Numbered from the stretch's first letter, positions 1-9,822 are shown. The stretch: DNA of 64,000 nt from Oceanispirochaeta sp. (GCA_963666275.2 CAXXOA010000002.1:1408001-1472000); one strand, 5' to 3'. The notes: generated by a model from the letters alone, not told the origin. Translations and numbers: made by a program.

Positions 1-380
1 ATTGTTTCCAGAATAAACTGTGCCCCGTTTTTTCCGGGAACAAATCCCTTGGTAATAGTGGCAATCTGGGATTCCCCTTCGATGATGGAGGGAACAGAGA
101 GAATCTGTTTCAGAGTATCTACCAGAAAGAGAGACGGTGTGGCCAGTATGAGATAGTCCTTTCCGTCCGCCGCTTCTCTGATGTCGCTGGTGGCCCGGAT
201 CGTTTCCGGAAGCTTCACTCCCGGCAGAAACTGGCAGTTCTCCCTTTTATTGTTGATATCATTGGTACCTTCTTCGGTGAAGCTCCAGATTGTCACAGGG
301 TTGCCTTTCTGTCCCAGTGTTTTTGCCAGGGCCGTACCAAAGGCTCCGGCTCCGATAATACCTACATTTTTCTCTTTCAT
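1..380 (-). CDS. gpsA: NAD(P)H-dependent glycerol-3-phosphate dehydrogenase, N-terminal part (runs off the window start)
   Basis: Not in the ORF track. Manual translation from ATG 380 gives MKEKNVGIIGAGAFGTALAKTLGQKGNPVTIW...ENCQFLPGVKLP...LILATPS...TITKGF, with the Rossmann GAGAFGTALA and TKG motifs of GpsA. AAGGA SD upstream. Confidence 0.92.
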   Translation of the reverse strand, partial: MKEKNVGIIGAGAFGTALAKTLGQKGNPVTIWSFTEEGTNDINNKRENCQFLPGVKLPETIRATSDIREAADGKDYLILATPSLFLVDTLKQILSVPSIIEGESQIATITKGFVPGKNGAQFILET

Positions 381-390
381 GATAATTTCC

Positions 391-1119
391 TTATTTCTTA
401 AAAGTCACTGAATAGAAGAGTTCCCGGTCGTGCAGCAGCAGGTCCAGCAACGGAACCTCCACCTCCCAGAGCCTTGCTCCGGAAAGAGTCCCTCCCGTGT
501 GGGATGTGATATCACCGCTGGTAAGAAGGGAAAGGCTCAGAGAGGCTCTCTCTATTCTTGTCTTCAGGTCCTGCTGATTTCCTGAGAATCTGTCCTCGAA
601 CAGAAACTGAAGCATATCTATATATTCCATTCTGCTAATGGTTTTTTCGGGTAGAAAATACTGAAATCCCGGATCCTGAAGGACCGGAAACAGTCTGAAA
701 AGTTCTGAAAAGTTGTCCTGGTTGATTCGGATTGAAAGGGTACTGTCCCTGCTGTTCTCTTCGAAAAGAGCGATGGAGCCTGCGGTTCCGTCCCTGTGGT
801 AGAAGAGTTCCTCTATGCCCCGGAAGTTCAGTCCGCCCTGATAGAGGCCTTCCCCGGGAGAAGATACCACCACGTTAGCAAAGTAGGGATTCTTTCTCAG
901 TTCGACCGCAATGCTGTCGGGGTCCATAGGGGAGAGTCCCCCTTCGGAGGGACTGCTCAGGTCTGTCAGATCCTGAAGCGTGGAAAGATAGAAATCCTCC
1001 AGCATAATCCGTCCGGTCACCCGTCCTGATCCATTGCTGTTCAGCTGAATCTGCTGCTGGACAGAACAGGATCCGAGAATAACCGGAAAAAAGAGCAGGA
1101 ATAGGAACTTTCTCTTCAA
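391..1119 (-). CDS. Hypothetical lipoprotein
   Basis: TTG start with GGAGG SD; signal peptide ending in lipobox ILGSC; stop lies 10 nt upstream of the gpsA start, so probably co-transcribed. Confidence 0.75.
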   Translation of the reverse strand: MKRKFLFLLFFPVILGSCSVQQQIQLNSNGSGRVTGRIMLEDFYLSTLQDLTDLSSPSEGGLSPMDPDSIAVELRKNPYFANVVVSSPGEGLYQGGLNFRGIEELFYHRDGTAGSIALFEENSRDSTLSIRINQDNFSELFRLFPVLQDPGFQYFLPEKTISRMEYIDMLQFLFEDRFSGNQQDLKTRIERASLSLSLLTSGDITSHTGGTLSGARLWEVEVPLLDLLLHDRELFYSVTFKK

Positions 1120-1339
1120 AAAAACCTCCGTGGAAAAACAAATTTCCCGTTTCGATCTGATAGGTTATACTAAACAGAGTCTTAAGAAAAGGGCTGGTTA
1201 CAGTTGGTCCGGGAAAACCCTTCTGTTTTTGCCCGGCCGGAACGGCCGATCTCCCGGGAAATTTTATATATAAGTCAGGCTCTTTTATCCTTCGGGATTT
1301 CTATAATATAATAAGCCATCATAAGCTTGAGGAAAATTC

Positions 1340-2239
1340 ATGGATATACGTGAGCTCCAGCTCTTTCTGAAATTGGCAGAAACACTGCACTATACCAGGA
1401 CCAGTCACCTGATGGCGATCAGTCCGTCTGCTTTGAGCCGGACGATCCAGCGGATGGAAGACCACGTAGGTCAGAAGCTTTTTTTCCGTGACAACCGGGG
1501 CGTTATTCTCACACCGGCGGGGCAGCGTTTCAGAGAGTATGCCCTCAAGGTGATTGAGAACTGGCAGTCTCTTCAGAATGACCTTTCCGAAGATGATAAC
1601 GAAGTCAAAGGAGACCTCAGGGTCTACAGTTCCGTCACAGGCTGTTATTCCATACTTCCCGAACTGCTCAGGCAGTGCCGTAAAAGTTATCCCGGTATCC
1701 ATATTATTCTGAAAACAGGTTCGGCCGCCGATGCGGTGTCGGCTATGGTCAACGGACTCTCCGATATTTCTGTGGCTGCAGAGCCGGATGTGCTGCCGGA
1801 AAATCTCCTTTTCCTCAATGTAACGGAAACACCTCTACAGCTGGTAGTCTCCTCCATGGAGTGTGAAATCAGCGACTATATGAAGAAACATCTGAAAAAG
1901 TGGTATGAGCTGCCCCTGATCCTTCCGGAGAAGGGCCTGGCCAGGAAAAGGCTGGACCGTTTTTTCCGGAGCAGGGATATCCTTCCCGATATCTACGCGG
2001 AAGCCAATGGAAATGAAGCGATCCTGGCACTGGTAAGCCTCGGCTTTGGCGTGGGAATTGTCCCCTCTCTGGTCCGGGAGCTCAGCCCCATGAAGGATAA
2101 TCTGAAGGTCCTGGATGAAGATCTGGGGCTTGAACCCTACAAAGTAGGACTTTGTGTCAACAGGAGAAACAGTCAGACACCGGTGGTCAGAGCTTTCACG
2201 TCCCTGATAGAGACAATCTCCCTGGAGGAGACACGGTGA
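1340..2239 (+). CDS. ilvY: LysR-family transcriptional regulator, IlvY-like
   Basis: LysR HTH (SPSALSRTIQRME...LFFRDNR), plus SSVTGCYSILP, LKTGSAADA and IYAEANGNEAILALVSLGFGVG segments that closely resemble IlvY. Confidence 0.8.
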   Translation: MDIRELQLFLKLAETLHYTRTSHLMAISPSALSRTIQRMEDHVGQKLFFRDNRGVILTPAGQRFREYALKVIENWQSLQNDLSEDDNEVKGDLRVYSSVTGCYSILPELLRQCRKSYPGIHIILKTGSAADAVSAMVNGLSDISVAAEPDVLPENLLFLNVTETPLQLVVSSMECEISDYMKKHLKKWYELPLILPEKGLARKRLDRFFRSRDILPDIYAEANGNEAILALVSLGFGVGIVPSLVRELSPMKDNLKVLDEDLGLEPYKVGLCVNRRNSQTPVVRAFTSLIETISLEETR

Positions 2240-3249
2240 TCGGAACTGATGAAAAGCGGCTTCAGATTATGAAGATCCTCAGCGAAGGGGATCAGCCCCT
2301 TTCAAGCCAGGTCATTAAAGAACGGCTCAAAGAGCGGGGCACCGATATGAGCGAAAGGACCGTCAGGTTTCATATGCTCGCTCTGGACAAGGCGGGGCTG
2401 ACCGAATACAGGGAGAAAAAGGGCCGTTACCTTACTCCCATGGGGCTGCGGGAGCTGGCCCGCTCCCAGGTTTATGAACGGGTGGGCTTTCTGTCGGCCC
2501 GGATCGATGAGCTCTCCTATCAGATGGATTTCGACTGGAAGAACCGCAGGGGGACTGTTCTGCTCAATGTGAGTCTGATTCCCCTTGAAAACAGCTCTGT
2601 TGTCTATCATCAGATGGCGCCTATTTTTGAATCGGGCCTTACCATGGGGCGGCTGATTGCCGTTTTCAGACCGGGAGAAAAAGTGGGGGAGACAGAGATT
2701 CCTCCGGGCTATTTCGGCCTGGGAACCGTCTGTTCCATCACCCTCAACGGAGTGCTGCTGAGCGAAGGAATTCCTATCAAATCCCTTTTCGGAGGGCTGC
2801 TTGAAATTTCAGGAAACCGTCCTGACAGATTCGCCGCCATTATCAACTATGACGGTACCAGTCTGGATCCTCTTGAAATTTTCATAAGCAGCGGAATGAC
2901 AAGATGCAAGGCCGCGGCCGAAGCGGGATACGGCACCATCGGCGCCAGTTTCAGAGAGATCCCCTCGTCCAGTCTGGAAGAGGTTGTGGATATCAATACC
3001 CATCTTACCGAAATGGGCCTGGGAGGCATCCTGAAAATCGGCTATACAGGCCACTCTCTCCTGGATATTCCCGTAGCGGACGGGAGAATCGGTATGATAA
3101 CCGCAGGGGGGCTCAACTCAGTGTCCTCTCTGGTTGAGTCGGGCATCCCCGTTAAATCCAAAGCCCTTTCGGGGCTGATTGAGTTTGACCGTCTGATCTC
3201 CTATGAAGACCTCTATCAGGAGCTTCAGGATATCCGGAGCAGCTATTAA
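2236..3249 (+). CDS. nrpR: NrpR-family nitrogen regulatory repressor (wHTH plus one NRD/DUF128 domain)
   Basis: GTG start overlaps the ilvY stop (GTGA), with GGAGGAG SD. Motifs SERTVRFHM, GTVLLNVS, GTVCSITLNGVLL, YDGTSLDPLEIF, ASFREIP and GGLN are typical of NrpR. Confidence 0.85.
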   Translation: MIGTDEKRLQIMKILSEGDQPLSSQVIKERLKERGTDMSERTVRFHMLALDKAGLTEYREKKGRYLTPMGLRELARSQVYERVGFLSARIDELSYQMDFDWKNRRGTVLLNVSLIPLENSSVVYHQMAPIFESGLTMGRLIAVFRPGEKVGETEIPPGYFGLGTVCSITLNGVLLSEGIPIKSLFGGLLEISGNRPDRFAAIINYDGTSLDPLEIFISSGMTRCKAAAEAGYGTIGASFREIPSSSLEEVVDINTHLTEMGLGGILKIGYTGHSLLDIPVADGRIGMITAGGLNSVSSLVESGIPVKSKALSGLIEFDRLISYEDLYQELQDIRSSY

Positions 3250-3255
3250 AAGCTG

Positions 3256-5130
3256 TCAGAGGTTTTCGGAATCTTCAAATTCCGGGGCCCGGGGTATGAG
3301 TTCCCGGATTTCTCCTGTTTCCAGGTGGGGTAGGCTTCTGTGAAGTCCTGCGGGGAGTCCTTCCGTCCAGGTTTGTGAAATCTGGAGAGTATCCCCATGG
3401 GATATGAGGAGAATCACCTCGCCTGAGTACTCTTCCTCCAGCTGCCGGATCAGAACCCGGATACGCTCCTGTACCTCTTCGGGGCTTTCCACTCCATAGT
3501 CACTGTTCCTGTCGTTTTTCTCATCCAGCTGCCAGACCACTTCGTAATAGATGTCCTCCCGCTTCTCATAGCGGCCGAAAAACCTTTCTCTCAGCAGGGG
3601 AGAGGTCCGGGGCGGTCTGGTTCCCAGTTTTCGGCTGACAACCTGGGCGGTCTCCCGGGTTCTCAGAAAGTCCGATGCAATGATGACTGTGTCATGATCC
3701 AGAAATGTCTGATGCTCCAGGGACTCCTCTATCTGTCTGGTTCCCTCTTCTGTCAGGCCGTAGCTGTTCAGTCCGTTGGAGAAGTGACTGACGATGATCC
3801 CCTCCCTGTTGGCTTCGCTTTTGCCGTGACGCATGATAAAATAGCGGTTCTGCCACTGTCCGGGGATAGCAAAGTAGTTTTCCAGAGCCTCTTCCAGGGT
3901 GGGAATGGGTGTTTCCTTCCGCTGGCTGTAGGGACGCCGTCTGAGAACGGAGTTGATAATGTACCGGGTGCTCCGGGGCCTGTGGGCCTGAAGCCTCTCC
4001 TTGTAGAAAGCCTCGAGCTTTTCCGTACAGTTGGTCAGGGAGTATGCGTCCGCTTTCTGACGGGCCTCGCCTTTTTTTCTGGCATAGAGCTCTGCATTTT
4101 CCATGAGATCCACCACGGTATGGGCAAAAGCCTGCGTATCATGGGGAACAGGAAAGCCTCCTTTACCGTCGATCATAAGATCACCGATTCCCAGAGCATC
4201 CACCACCACAGCGGGAATTCCCGAAGCCATGGCTTCCAGAAGGACCAGACCCTGGGTTTCCGTTAATGAGGCAAACACAAACAGATCGGACTGATGGAAA
4301 ATCTCCATGACCTCATGGTGGGGAAGAAATCCTGTGAATGTCACATATCCCGCCAGTCCTGTTTTTTCTGCCTGAGCTTCCAGCTCCTTTCTGGCGGCGC
4401 CGTCTCCCACCAGGATCAGATGGTAGTCGGTCCTTTTCATTTTATGAATTATTATATCCAGCATTTCCAGCAGGAAAGGGACGTTTTTCTCTTTCACAAC
4501 CCTTCCGGCATAGACCAGGACTTTCCGCTCCTGGGGGATCTGATACTTCTGATGGAGTTCCCGGCTTCCCAATCCGGAAAAATTCTCCGTCCTGATTCCC
4601 GAGGGAATGATGTTGATGGGTACCCGGGTCCCGTACTGGATCAGGGCATCCCGGATTTTGCCTGTGGGAGCTACAATCCCGTCGCAGCGGTTGCAGAAAA
4701 GTGCGGAGAACTTTTCTGCGGTTACTTTTGTATACCGGGAGCCCAGGGGGACATAATGCACATAGTCTGGCCAGAAGGTGTGGTAGGTATGAATATGGGG
4801 AATCTTCAGGTACCGGCTGATGGGGACGGATTTCAGACCCATGGATCCCGGGTCGTGAGAGTGGATCAGGTCGATACCCAGTTCCCGCATTTTATGTATG
4901 ATCGAACCGAACCCCTTGGTCAGCTGAAATTCCTTGATCGCTTTGAAGGGATACCCCGAAGAGGCAAAGCGGATCACATTGCCGTCGGATGTCTGGGTGC
5001 CGCTGAAATCGGGAGCAAACACATAGACTTCGTGTCCCATCCGGGTCAGTTCTTCCGCGGACAGCCTGATTGATGTCACCACCCCGTTGATCTGGGGGGT
5101 GTAGGTATCGGTCATCATTGCAATTTTCAT
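3256..5130 (-). CDS. GT4 glycosyltransferase (diacylglycerol glycosyltransferase-like) fused to a C-terminal histidine phosphatase
   Basis: N-term MKIAMMTDTYTPQINGVVTS, HTYHT, ETQGLVLLEAMASG; C-term MRHGKSEAN, SDFLRTRETA, LRERFFG, SHGD. Confidence 0.88.
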   Translation of the reverse strand: MKIAMMTDTYTPQINGVVTSIRLSAEELTRMGHEVYVFAPDFSGTQTSDGNVIRFASSGYPFKAIKEFQLTKGFGSIIHKMRELGIDLIHSHDPGSMGLKSVPISRYLKIPHIHTYHTFWPDYVHYVPLGSRYTKVTAEKFSALFCNRCDGIVAPTGKIRDALIQYGTRVPINIIPSGIRTENFSGLGSRELHQKYQIPQERKVLVYAGRVVKEKNVPFLLEMLDIIIHKMKRTDYHLILVGDGAARKELEAQAEKTGLAGYVTFTGFLPHHEVMEIFHQSDLFVFASLTETQGLVLLEAMASGIPAVVVDALGIGDLMIDGKGGFPVPHDTQAFAHTVVDLMENAELYARKKGEARQKADAYSLTNCTEKLEAFYKERLQAHRPRSTRYIINSVLRRRPYSQRKETPIPTLEEALENYFAIPGQWQNRYFIMRHGKSEANREGIIVSHFSNGLNSYGLTEEGTRQIEESLEHQTFLDHDTVIIASDFLRTRETAQVVSRKLGTRPPRTSPLLRERFFGRYEKREDIYYEVVWQLDEKNDRNSDYGVESPEEVQERIRVLIRQLEEEYSGEVILLISHGDTLQISQTWTEGLPAGLHRSLPHLETGEIRELIPRAPEFEDSENL

Positions 5131-5220
5131 GGGCAGCTCTCTTCTGTGATGTTCATTGTGCTCATTATACAGGGACGGACCTGCTTCTGTGTTATTTTTC
5201 TGTCAGAAATCCGGGAGTTT

Positions 5221-6597
5221 TCAGTAGGCGTTTTTGTTGATGAACCCCTTGATCACAGTGAGGAGAAGAATCTTTATATCCAGGAAGAAGGTCCAGTTTC
5301 GTATGTAATACATATCGAACTCGATCCTCTTTTCAAGGCTCGTATTGCCTCTCCATCCGTTTACCTGGGCCCATCCTGTAATCCCCGCAGGCATTTTATG
5401 ACGGAGCATGTAACCGGGGACTTCATCTTTCAGAGTCTCAATGAGCTCGGGTCTTTCGGGCCGGGGACCTACAAGGCTCATATCCCCTTTGAATACATTC
5501 CACAGCTGGGGCAGCTCGTCGATGGATGTTTTACGCAGAAACGTTCCGAATTTGGTCCGTCGGGGATCATTTTCCACTGTCCAGGTAAAACCCTCTTCCT
5601 TGTCGGCATTCTGTTTCATGGAACGGAACTTCCACATTTTGAAGATCCTTCCGTTGGTTGTCATCCTCTCCTGGCTGTAGAACACAGGGCCCGGCGAGGT
5701 CACTTTGACAAGCAGGCTCACCAGAAGAAGGAAGGGCGAGAGCAGGAGCAGTCCCGTTCCGGAACCGAAAATATCCAGGAGCCTTTTGGAGATTAGCGCA
5801 AAGTGTCCCATTGTGGGGGTATTGATATTGATCAGGGGGACTCCCTGGAAATCCTCAACCCTGGCTCCCAGGAGGGTGTAGTTCAGCTGGGGAATCAGAA
5901 CAATGGGAGTGACCTGGTTGTAGTGGGTTTTTATAAATTTCTCCTGACGTCTTACCAGCTCTCCCGAGTATCCCAGGACGATGTAGCTGGGAAGGAGCTC
6001 TTCAACAGCTTTATCAATATCCTTTTCTTCATAGGAGGGTATATTCAATTCCTGGGCTTTGCCGTTGGAGTCTGCCCATCCTACAATGGTCATGCCGTGC
6101 ATGGGGGATTCCACCACCTTCCTGACAAAACGTTCCATATGGGAACCCTGGCCGATGATAAAAAGGCGGGAAATATTCTTCCCCTTGATCTTTTCCATTA
6201 TCAGGTGATTACGGAAGGCGATCCTGTTGGTTGTTAGAAAGGTCTGATTAAAGAAGAAGAACAGAAGCAGAGTCAGCCGGGAGAGTCTGTCCGACTGGAT
6301 ATTATAAGCTGTGAGTATAAACAGTAGCAGGATCTGGAAGTTCAGAATCAGAAGGCCTGAAAAATCTTTATGCCAGGCATGGAGATTGCTGCTTGTGTAA
6401 AATCTTTCTCTATAGAGAAGAACCGCGGCGACGGCTATGGGAAAGGGCGTCAGCGCCAGGAAGTGATAGAACTGTTCCAGATTTCTGGTGAGGATAATAA
6501 ACCGGATGGTGATGGAGAGGATCCAGGAGAATCCCACAATGATAACATCCAGCAGAAAATGGAGAAATAAGAATGTTTTGGTCTGTTGGTTCAGCAT
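5221..6597 (-). CDS. Undecaprenyl-phosphate sugar phosphotransferase (WcaJ/CpsE family)
   Basis: N-terminal TM helices; C-terminal [41 protein letters not shown] and [10 protein letters not shown] motifs. Confidence 0.92.
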   Translation of the reverse strand: MLNQQTKTFLFLHFLLDVIIVGFSWILSITIRFIILTRNLEQFYHFLALTPFPIAVAAVLLYRERFYTSSNLHAWHKDFSGLLILNFQILLLFILTAYNIQSDRLSRLTLLLFFFFNQTFLTTNRIAFRNHLIMEKIKGKNISRLFIIGQGSHMERFVRKVVESPMHGMTIVGWADSNGKAQELNIPSYEEKDIDKAVEELLPSYIVLGYSGELVRRQEKFIKTHYNQVTPIVLIPQLNYTLLGARVEDFQGVPLININTPTMGHFALISKRLLDIFGSGTGLLLLSPFLLLVSLLVKVTSPGPVFYSQERMTTNGRIFKMWKFRSMKQNADKEEGFTWTVENDPRRTKFGTFLRKTSIDELPQLWNVFKGDMSLVGPRPERPELIETLKDEVPGYMLRHKMPAGITGWAQVNGWRGNTSLEKRIEFDMYYIRNWTFFLDIKILLLTVIKGFINKNAY

Positions 6598-6785
6598 ATG
6601 TAAATTCAGTTTCCTATTGGTTATAGGGCCGGACCGGTGAATCTTTGTCCCGCCTTAATTAAATTAACATGGAAACAGGGCAAATGTGTTACAAAAAATA
6701 TGAACTTTCCTTGAATTTTACCCAACTTATACTTTTCGGTAGCAGAAATGATTAGATAAATAATCATGTATTTATTCTTTAATCC

Positions 6786-6813
6786 GTAACATTTCATAAA
6801 CACTCTCTTAACA
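6786..6813 (+). promoter_or_regulatory. Putative Pho box (three hexamer direct repeats, 11-bp period)
   Basis: GTAACA-N5-TAAACA-N5-TTAACA, about 50 nt upstream of the alkaline phosphatase start. Confidence 0.6.
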
Positions 6814-6860
6814 GGAGGGTTTTAACCTTTATGTTAATTACGATTCTAATGGAGTGTGAA

Positions 6861-8333
6861 ATGAAAAAAACAACCAAAGGGCTTATGCTTGCCATGATGC
6901 TTATCTCTGCTTCTGTCTTCGCAGGAGGTCAGAAGGAAGCTTCTCAGGACGCTGCAGAAACATCTTTCGGTCAGGCTAAATATGTTTTTCTATTTATCGG
7001 AGATGGAATGGCTATGCCTCAGATCAATGCGGCTGAAGCTTACCTGAACCAGAAAAACGGATCAGATATTGGTGTTAAACAACTGAATTTTACCCAGTTT
7101 CCCGCCCAGGGGCTGACTACCACCTATGATGCGGGATCCTTCATTACCGATTCAGCTTCTGCCGGAACGGCAATCGCTACTGGGAATAAAACCCTTTCCG
7201 GTGTGATTAATATGGATGTATCCAAAACCATCGAGTATCCCACCATTGCTGAAATGGCAAAAGGGGAAGGAAAAAAAGTGGGAATTATCTCCTCCGTAGA
7301 CCTGGATCATGCAACTCCCGCCTGTTTCTATGCACATCAGCCCACCAGAAACAACTACTATGAAATCGGTGTTCAGGCTGTCAGCTCGGAGGTAGACTAT
7401 TTCGGCGGCGGGAATTTCAGAATGGGAAAAACCCCAGAAGGGCAGCCTACGGTGCATGAACTGATGGCACAGGCCGGATGGACCATGGCGGGGAATAAAA
7501 CAGAGCTGAACGCATTAACTACCGGAACTGAAAAAGTTTACGCCTACACCAAAGGGTTCAGCGGTGACGCACTTCCCTATGATCTGGACAGACAGGAAAA
7601 CGAAATCTCTCTGGCCGAGTTTACTGCCAAAGGGATCGAACTTCTGGATAACGAAGAGGGATTTTTCATAATGGTTGAGGCCGGAAAAATTGACTGGGCC
7701 TGCCATGCCAACGATGCCGCTTCTTCCATACATGACACCATTGCCTTCAACAACGCTGTAGCTGAAGCCATTGAATTCTACAACCAGCATCCCCAGGATA
7801 CTCTGATTGTTGTTACCGGTGATCATGAAACCGGTGGGCTGGCTCTGGGATTTGCCGGAACCAAATACGACTCTGCTTTTGAAAAGATTGAAGGGCAGAC
7901 CATGTCCTTTGAAGCATTCGACAAGTTTGTGCTGGCCCCCTACAAAGAGAGCCACAGCTCTGCTGATGCAAGACTTTCAGACCTGATGCCTGAGATTGAA
8001 AAAGCTTTCGGCGTATCCGAATTTTCCGAACTGGAATTGAAAAAACTGGAAGAAGCTTTTGCCCAGTCCATGATGGATAAAGGTTCCAGAGACTCCAGCG
8101 ATGAAGCCTATCTGCTGTATGGAGGATATGAACCCCTTTCTGTCACTCTGACTCATATTGTGAATCAGCAGACCGGATTGGCATGGACCTCTTACTCTCA
8201 TACCGGAGTTCCCGTTTCCACCTTCGCTATGGGTGTGGGACAGGACATGTTCAACGGATACTATGACAACACGGATATTTTCAGAAAAGTGTCTCAGATT
8301 ATGGGACTGAATCCAACTGTTGCCATGAAATAA
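6861..8333 (+). CDS. phoA: Alkaline phosphatase
   Basis: FLFIGDGM, TDSASAGTAIATG (catalytic Ser), HATPA, VEAGKIDWACHAND, TGDHETGG, HTG. ATG 6861 follows a GGAG SD; signal peptide present. Confidence 0.95.
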   Translation: MKKTTKGLMLAMMLISASVFAGGQKEASQDAAETSFGQAKYVFLFIGDGMAMPQINAAEAYLNQKNGSDIGVKQLNFTQFPAQGLTTTYDAGSFITDSASAGTAIATGNKTLSGVINMDVSKTIEYPTIAEMAKGEGKKVGIISSVDLDHATPACFYAHQPTRNNYYEIGVQAVSSEVDYFGGGNFRMGKTPEGQPTVHELMAQAGWTMAGNKTELNALTTGTEKVYAYTKGFSGDALPYDLDRQENEISLAEFTAKGIELLDNEEGFFIMVEAGKIDWACHANDAASSIHDTIAFNNAVAEAIEFYNQHPQDTLIVVTGDHETGGLALGFAGTKYDSAFEKIEGQTMSFEAFDKFVLAPYKESHSSADARLSDLMPEIEKAFGVSEFSELELKKLEEAFAQSMMDKGSRDSSDEAYLLYGGYEPLSVTLTHIVNQQTGLAWTSYSHTGVPVSTFAMGVGQDMFNGYYDNTDIFRKVSQIMGLNPTVAMK

Positions 8334-8359
8334 AAATCTTCTTTTCAGGAAGAAGTCTG

Positions 8360-8390
8360 GAACCCCGGTTCAAACCGGGGTTCTCTGTTT
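8360..8390 (+). terminator. Stem-loop after alkaline phosphatase (terminator or mRNA stabiliser)
   Basis: GAACCCCGGT-TCAA-ACCGGGGTTC followed by a weak U-tract. Confidence 0.6.
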
Positions 8391-8463
8391 ATATAGAAGA
8401 TTTCAAGGCTCCAGATGCAGAAAAAGGCCGTTGTCTGAGAGTCTTATTCAGGAGAATACCGAA

Positions 8464-9606
8464 ATGATTTTTGACCTTGAAACTGTTAAAAAACAGGATA
8501 TTGTATTTGTCGTGATTATCTCTGTCCTGGTACTGATTCTCTCCCTGGTTCCTACTGGATTCAAAGAGAAAAAATCTCCCCTGTCCATGACTGTCCGGGG
8601 AAGGGTTCTGGATGTGGATAATACGGATGTACATCAGTTCGGTATTGTCAAACAGGGCGATCAGGGTGTTTCCATTGAAGTCATGAACGGTCCCTTTAAA
8701 GGAGAACAGGTAGAGACGGTCAATATGCTCATAGGAAAACTGGAGCTGGACAAGTTTTTTCAGGAAGGGGATGTGGCTCTGGTTGTCCTTGATTTGAGCC
8801 CTGAAAAAGACAGAATCCTGTACGGAACCGCTATAGATCATTACAGATTGAATATAGAGATTATCCTGTTGGTTCTTTTTACGGCGATTCTGGTTTTCTT
8901 TGCGGGCTGGACAGGTTTAAAAGCGATCGTTTCCTTTGCCTTTACGGCGGTTATGATCTGGCGGGTTATGCTCCCCCAGTTTCTGAATAACTGGAATCCC
9001 ATCCTCCTTTCGCTTGGTGTTGTTTCCCTTCTGACAGGAGTCATAATTTTTCTTATCGGAGGATTCAGAAAAAGGGGCGTTGTTGCCTTTGCCGGTTCAT
9101 TTGCCGGAATCCTGCTGACCTGCCTTCTTTCCCTCATCTTCGGGGCCTATTTTAATATTCACGGTGCGGTCCGGCCTTTTTCTGAAACCCTGCTGTATTC
9201 AGGCTATCCTCATCTGGACCTGAGATCTATCTTTTTGGCGGGGATCTTTCTGGCATCCAGCGGGGCTGTTATGGATATTGCCATGGATATTGCCGCCTCT
9301 ATGAATGAGATATATCAGAAACATCCGGATATCTCCCGGAGAGAACTCCTTATTTCGGGTTTGAATGTCGGGAGGGCTGTGATAGGGACTATGACCACAA
9401 CCCTTCTCCTGGCATACACCGGAGGATATACGACGATGTTTATGGTGTTTATTGCCCAGGGAACACCTATGATCAATGTTCTGAATCTTACCTATGTTTC
9501 GTCTGAAATTCTTCACACACTAGTAGGAAGTTTTGGACTTGTTCTGGTGGCTCCCCTGACTGCTCTTGCAGGGGCTATTCTCTACCCAGTCCAGAGAAAA
9601 CCATAA
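8464..9606 (+). CDS. YibE/F-family membrane protein
   Basis: GAVMDIAMDIAASM, GLNVGRAVIGTMTTTLLLAYTG and multiple TM segments; ATG 8464 with AGGAG SD. Confidence 0.88.
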   Translation: MIFDLETVKKQDIVFVVIISVLVLILSLVPTGFKEKKSPLSMTVRGRVLDVDNTDVHQFGIVKQGDQGVSIEVMNGPFKGEQVETVNMLIGKLELDKFFQEGDVALVVLDLSPEKDRILYGTAIDHYRLNIEIILLVLFTAILVFFAGWTGLKAIVSFAFTAVMIWRVMLPQFLNNWNPILLSLGVVSLLTGVIIFLIGGFRKRGVVAFAGSFAGILLTCLLSLIFGAYFNIHGAVRPFSETLLYSGYPHLDLRSIFLAGIFLASSGAVMDIAMDIAASMNEIYQKHPDISRRELLISGLNVGRAVIGTMTTTLLLAYTGGYTTMFMVFIAQGTPMINVLNLTYVSSEILHTLVGSFGLVLVAPLTALAGAILYPVQRKP

Positions 9607-9822
9607 TCCCTTGTCAGTTGCACCCGAGAGTTTTTTCCCCGGGGAAAATGTTTCCTGTATAGGATTTCAATATGCTGTCTGGGAAGCCTTTGGCATTACC
9701 TTTCAATTAAGAGGAAGTTCCCAGAGGACAATCTAAATAAGAAAAAATACCAGGCTTTGGGGTTCTGCATGCCCTTAATCCCTGTTAGAGCCTGATGTCC
9801 TCCTTCCTATATCAGGCTGCTC

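Noticed and set aside
1132..1147. GGAA...TTCC as an NrpR operator
   Set aside because: The spacer is 8 nt rather than the canonical 6.
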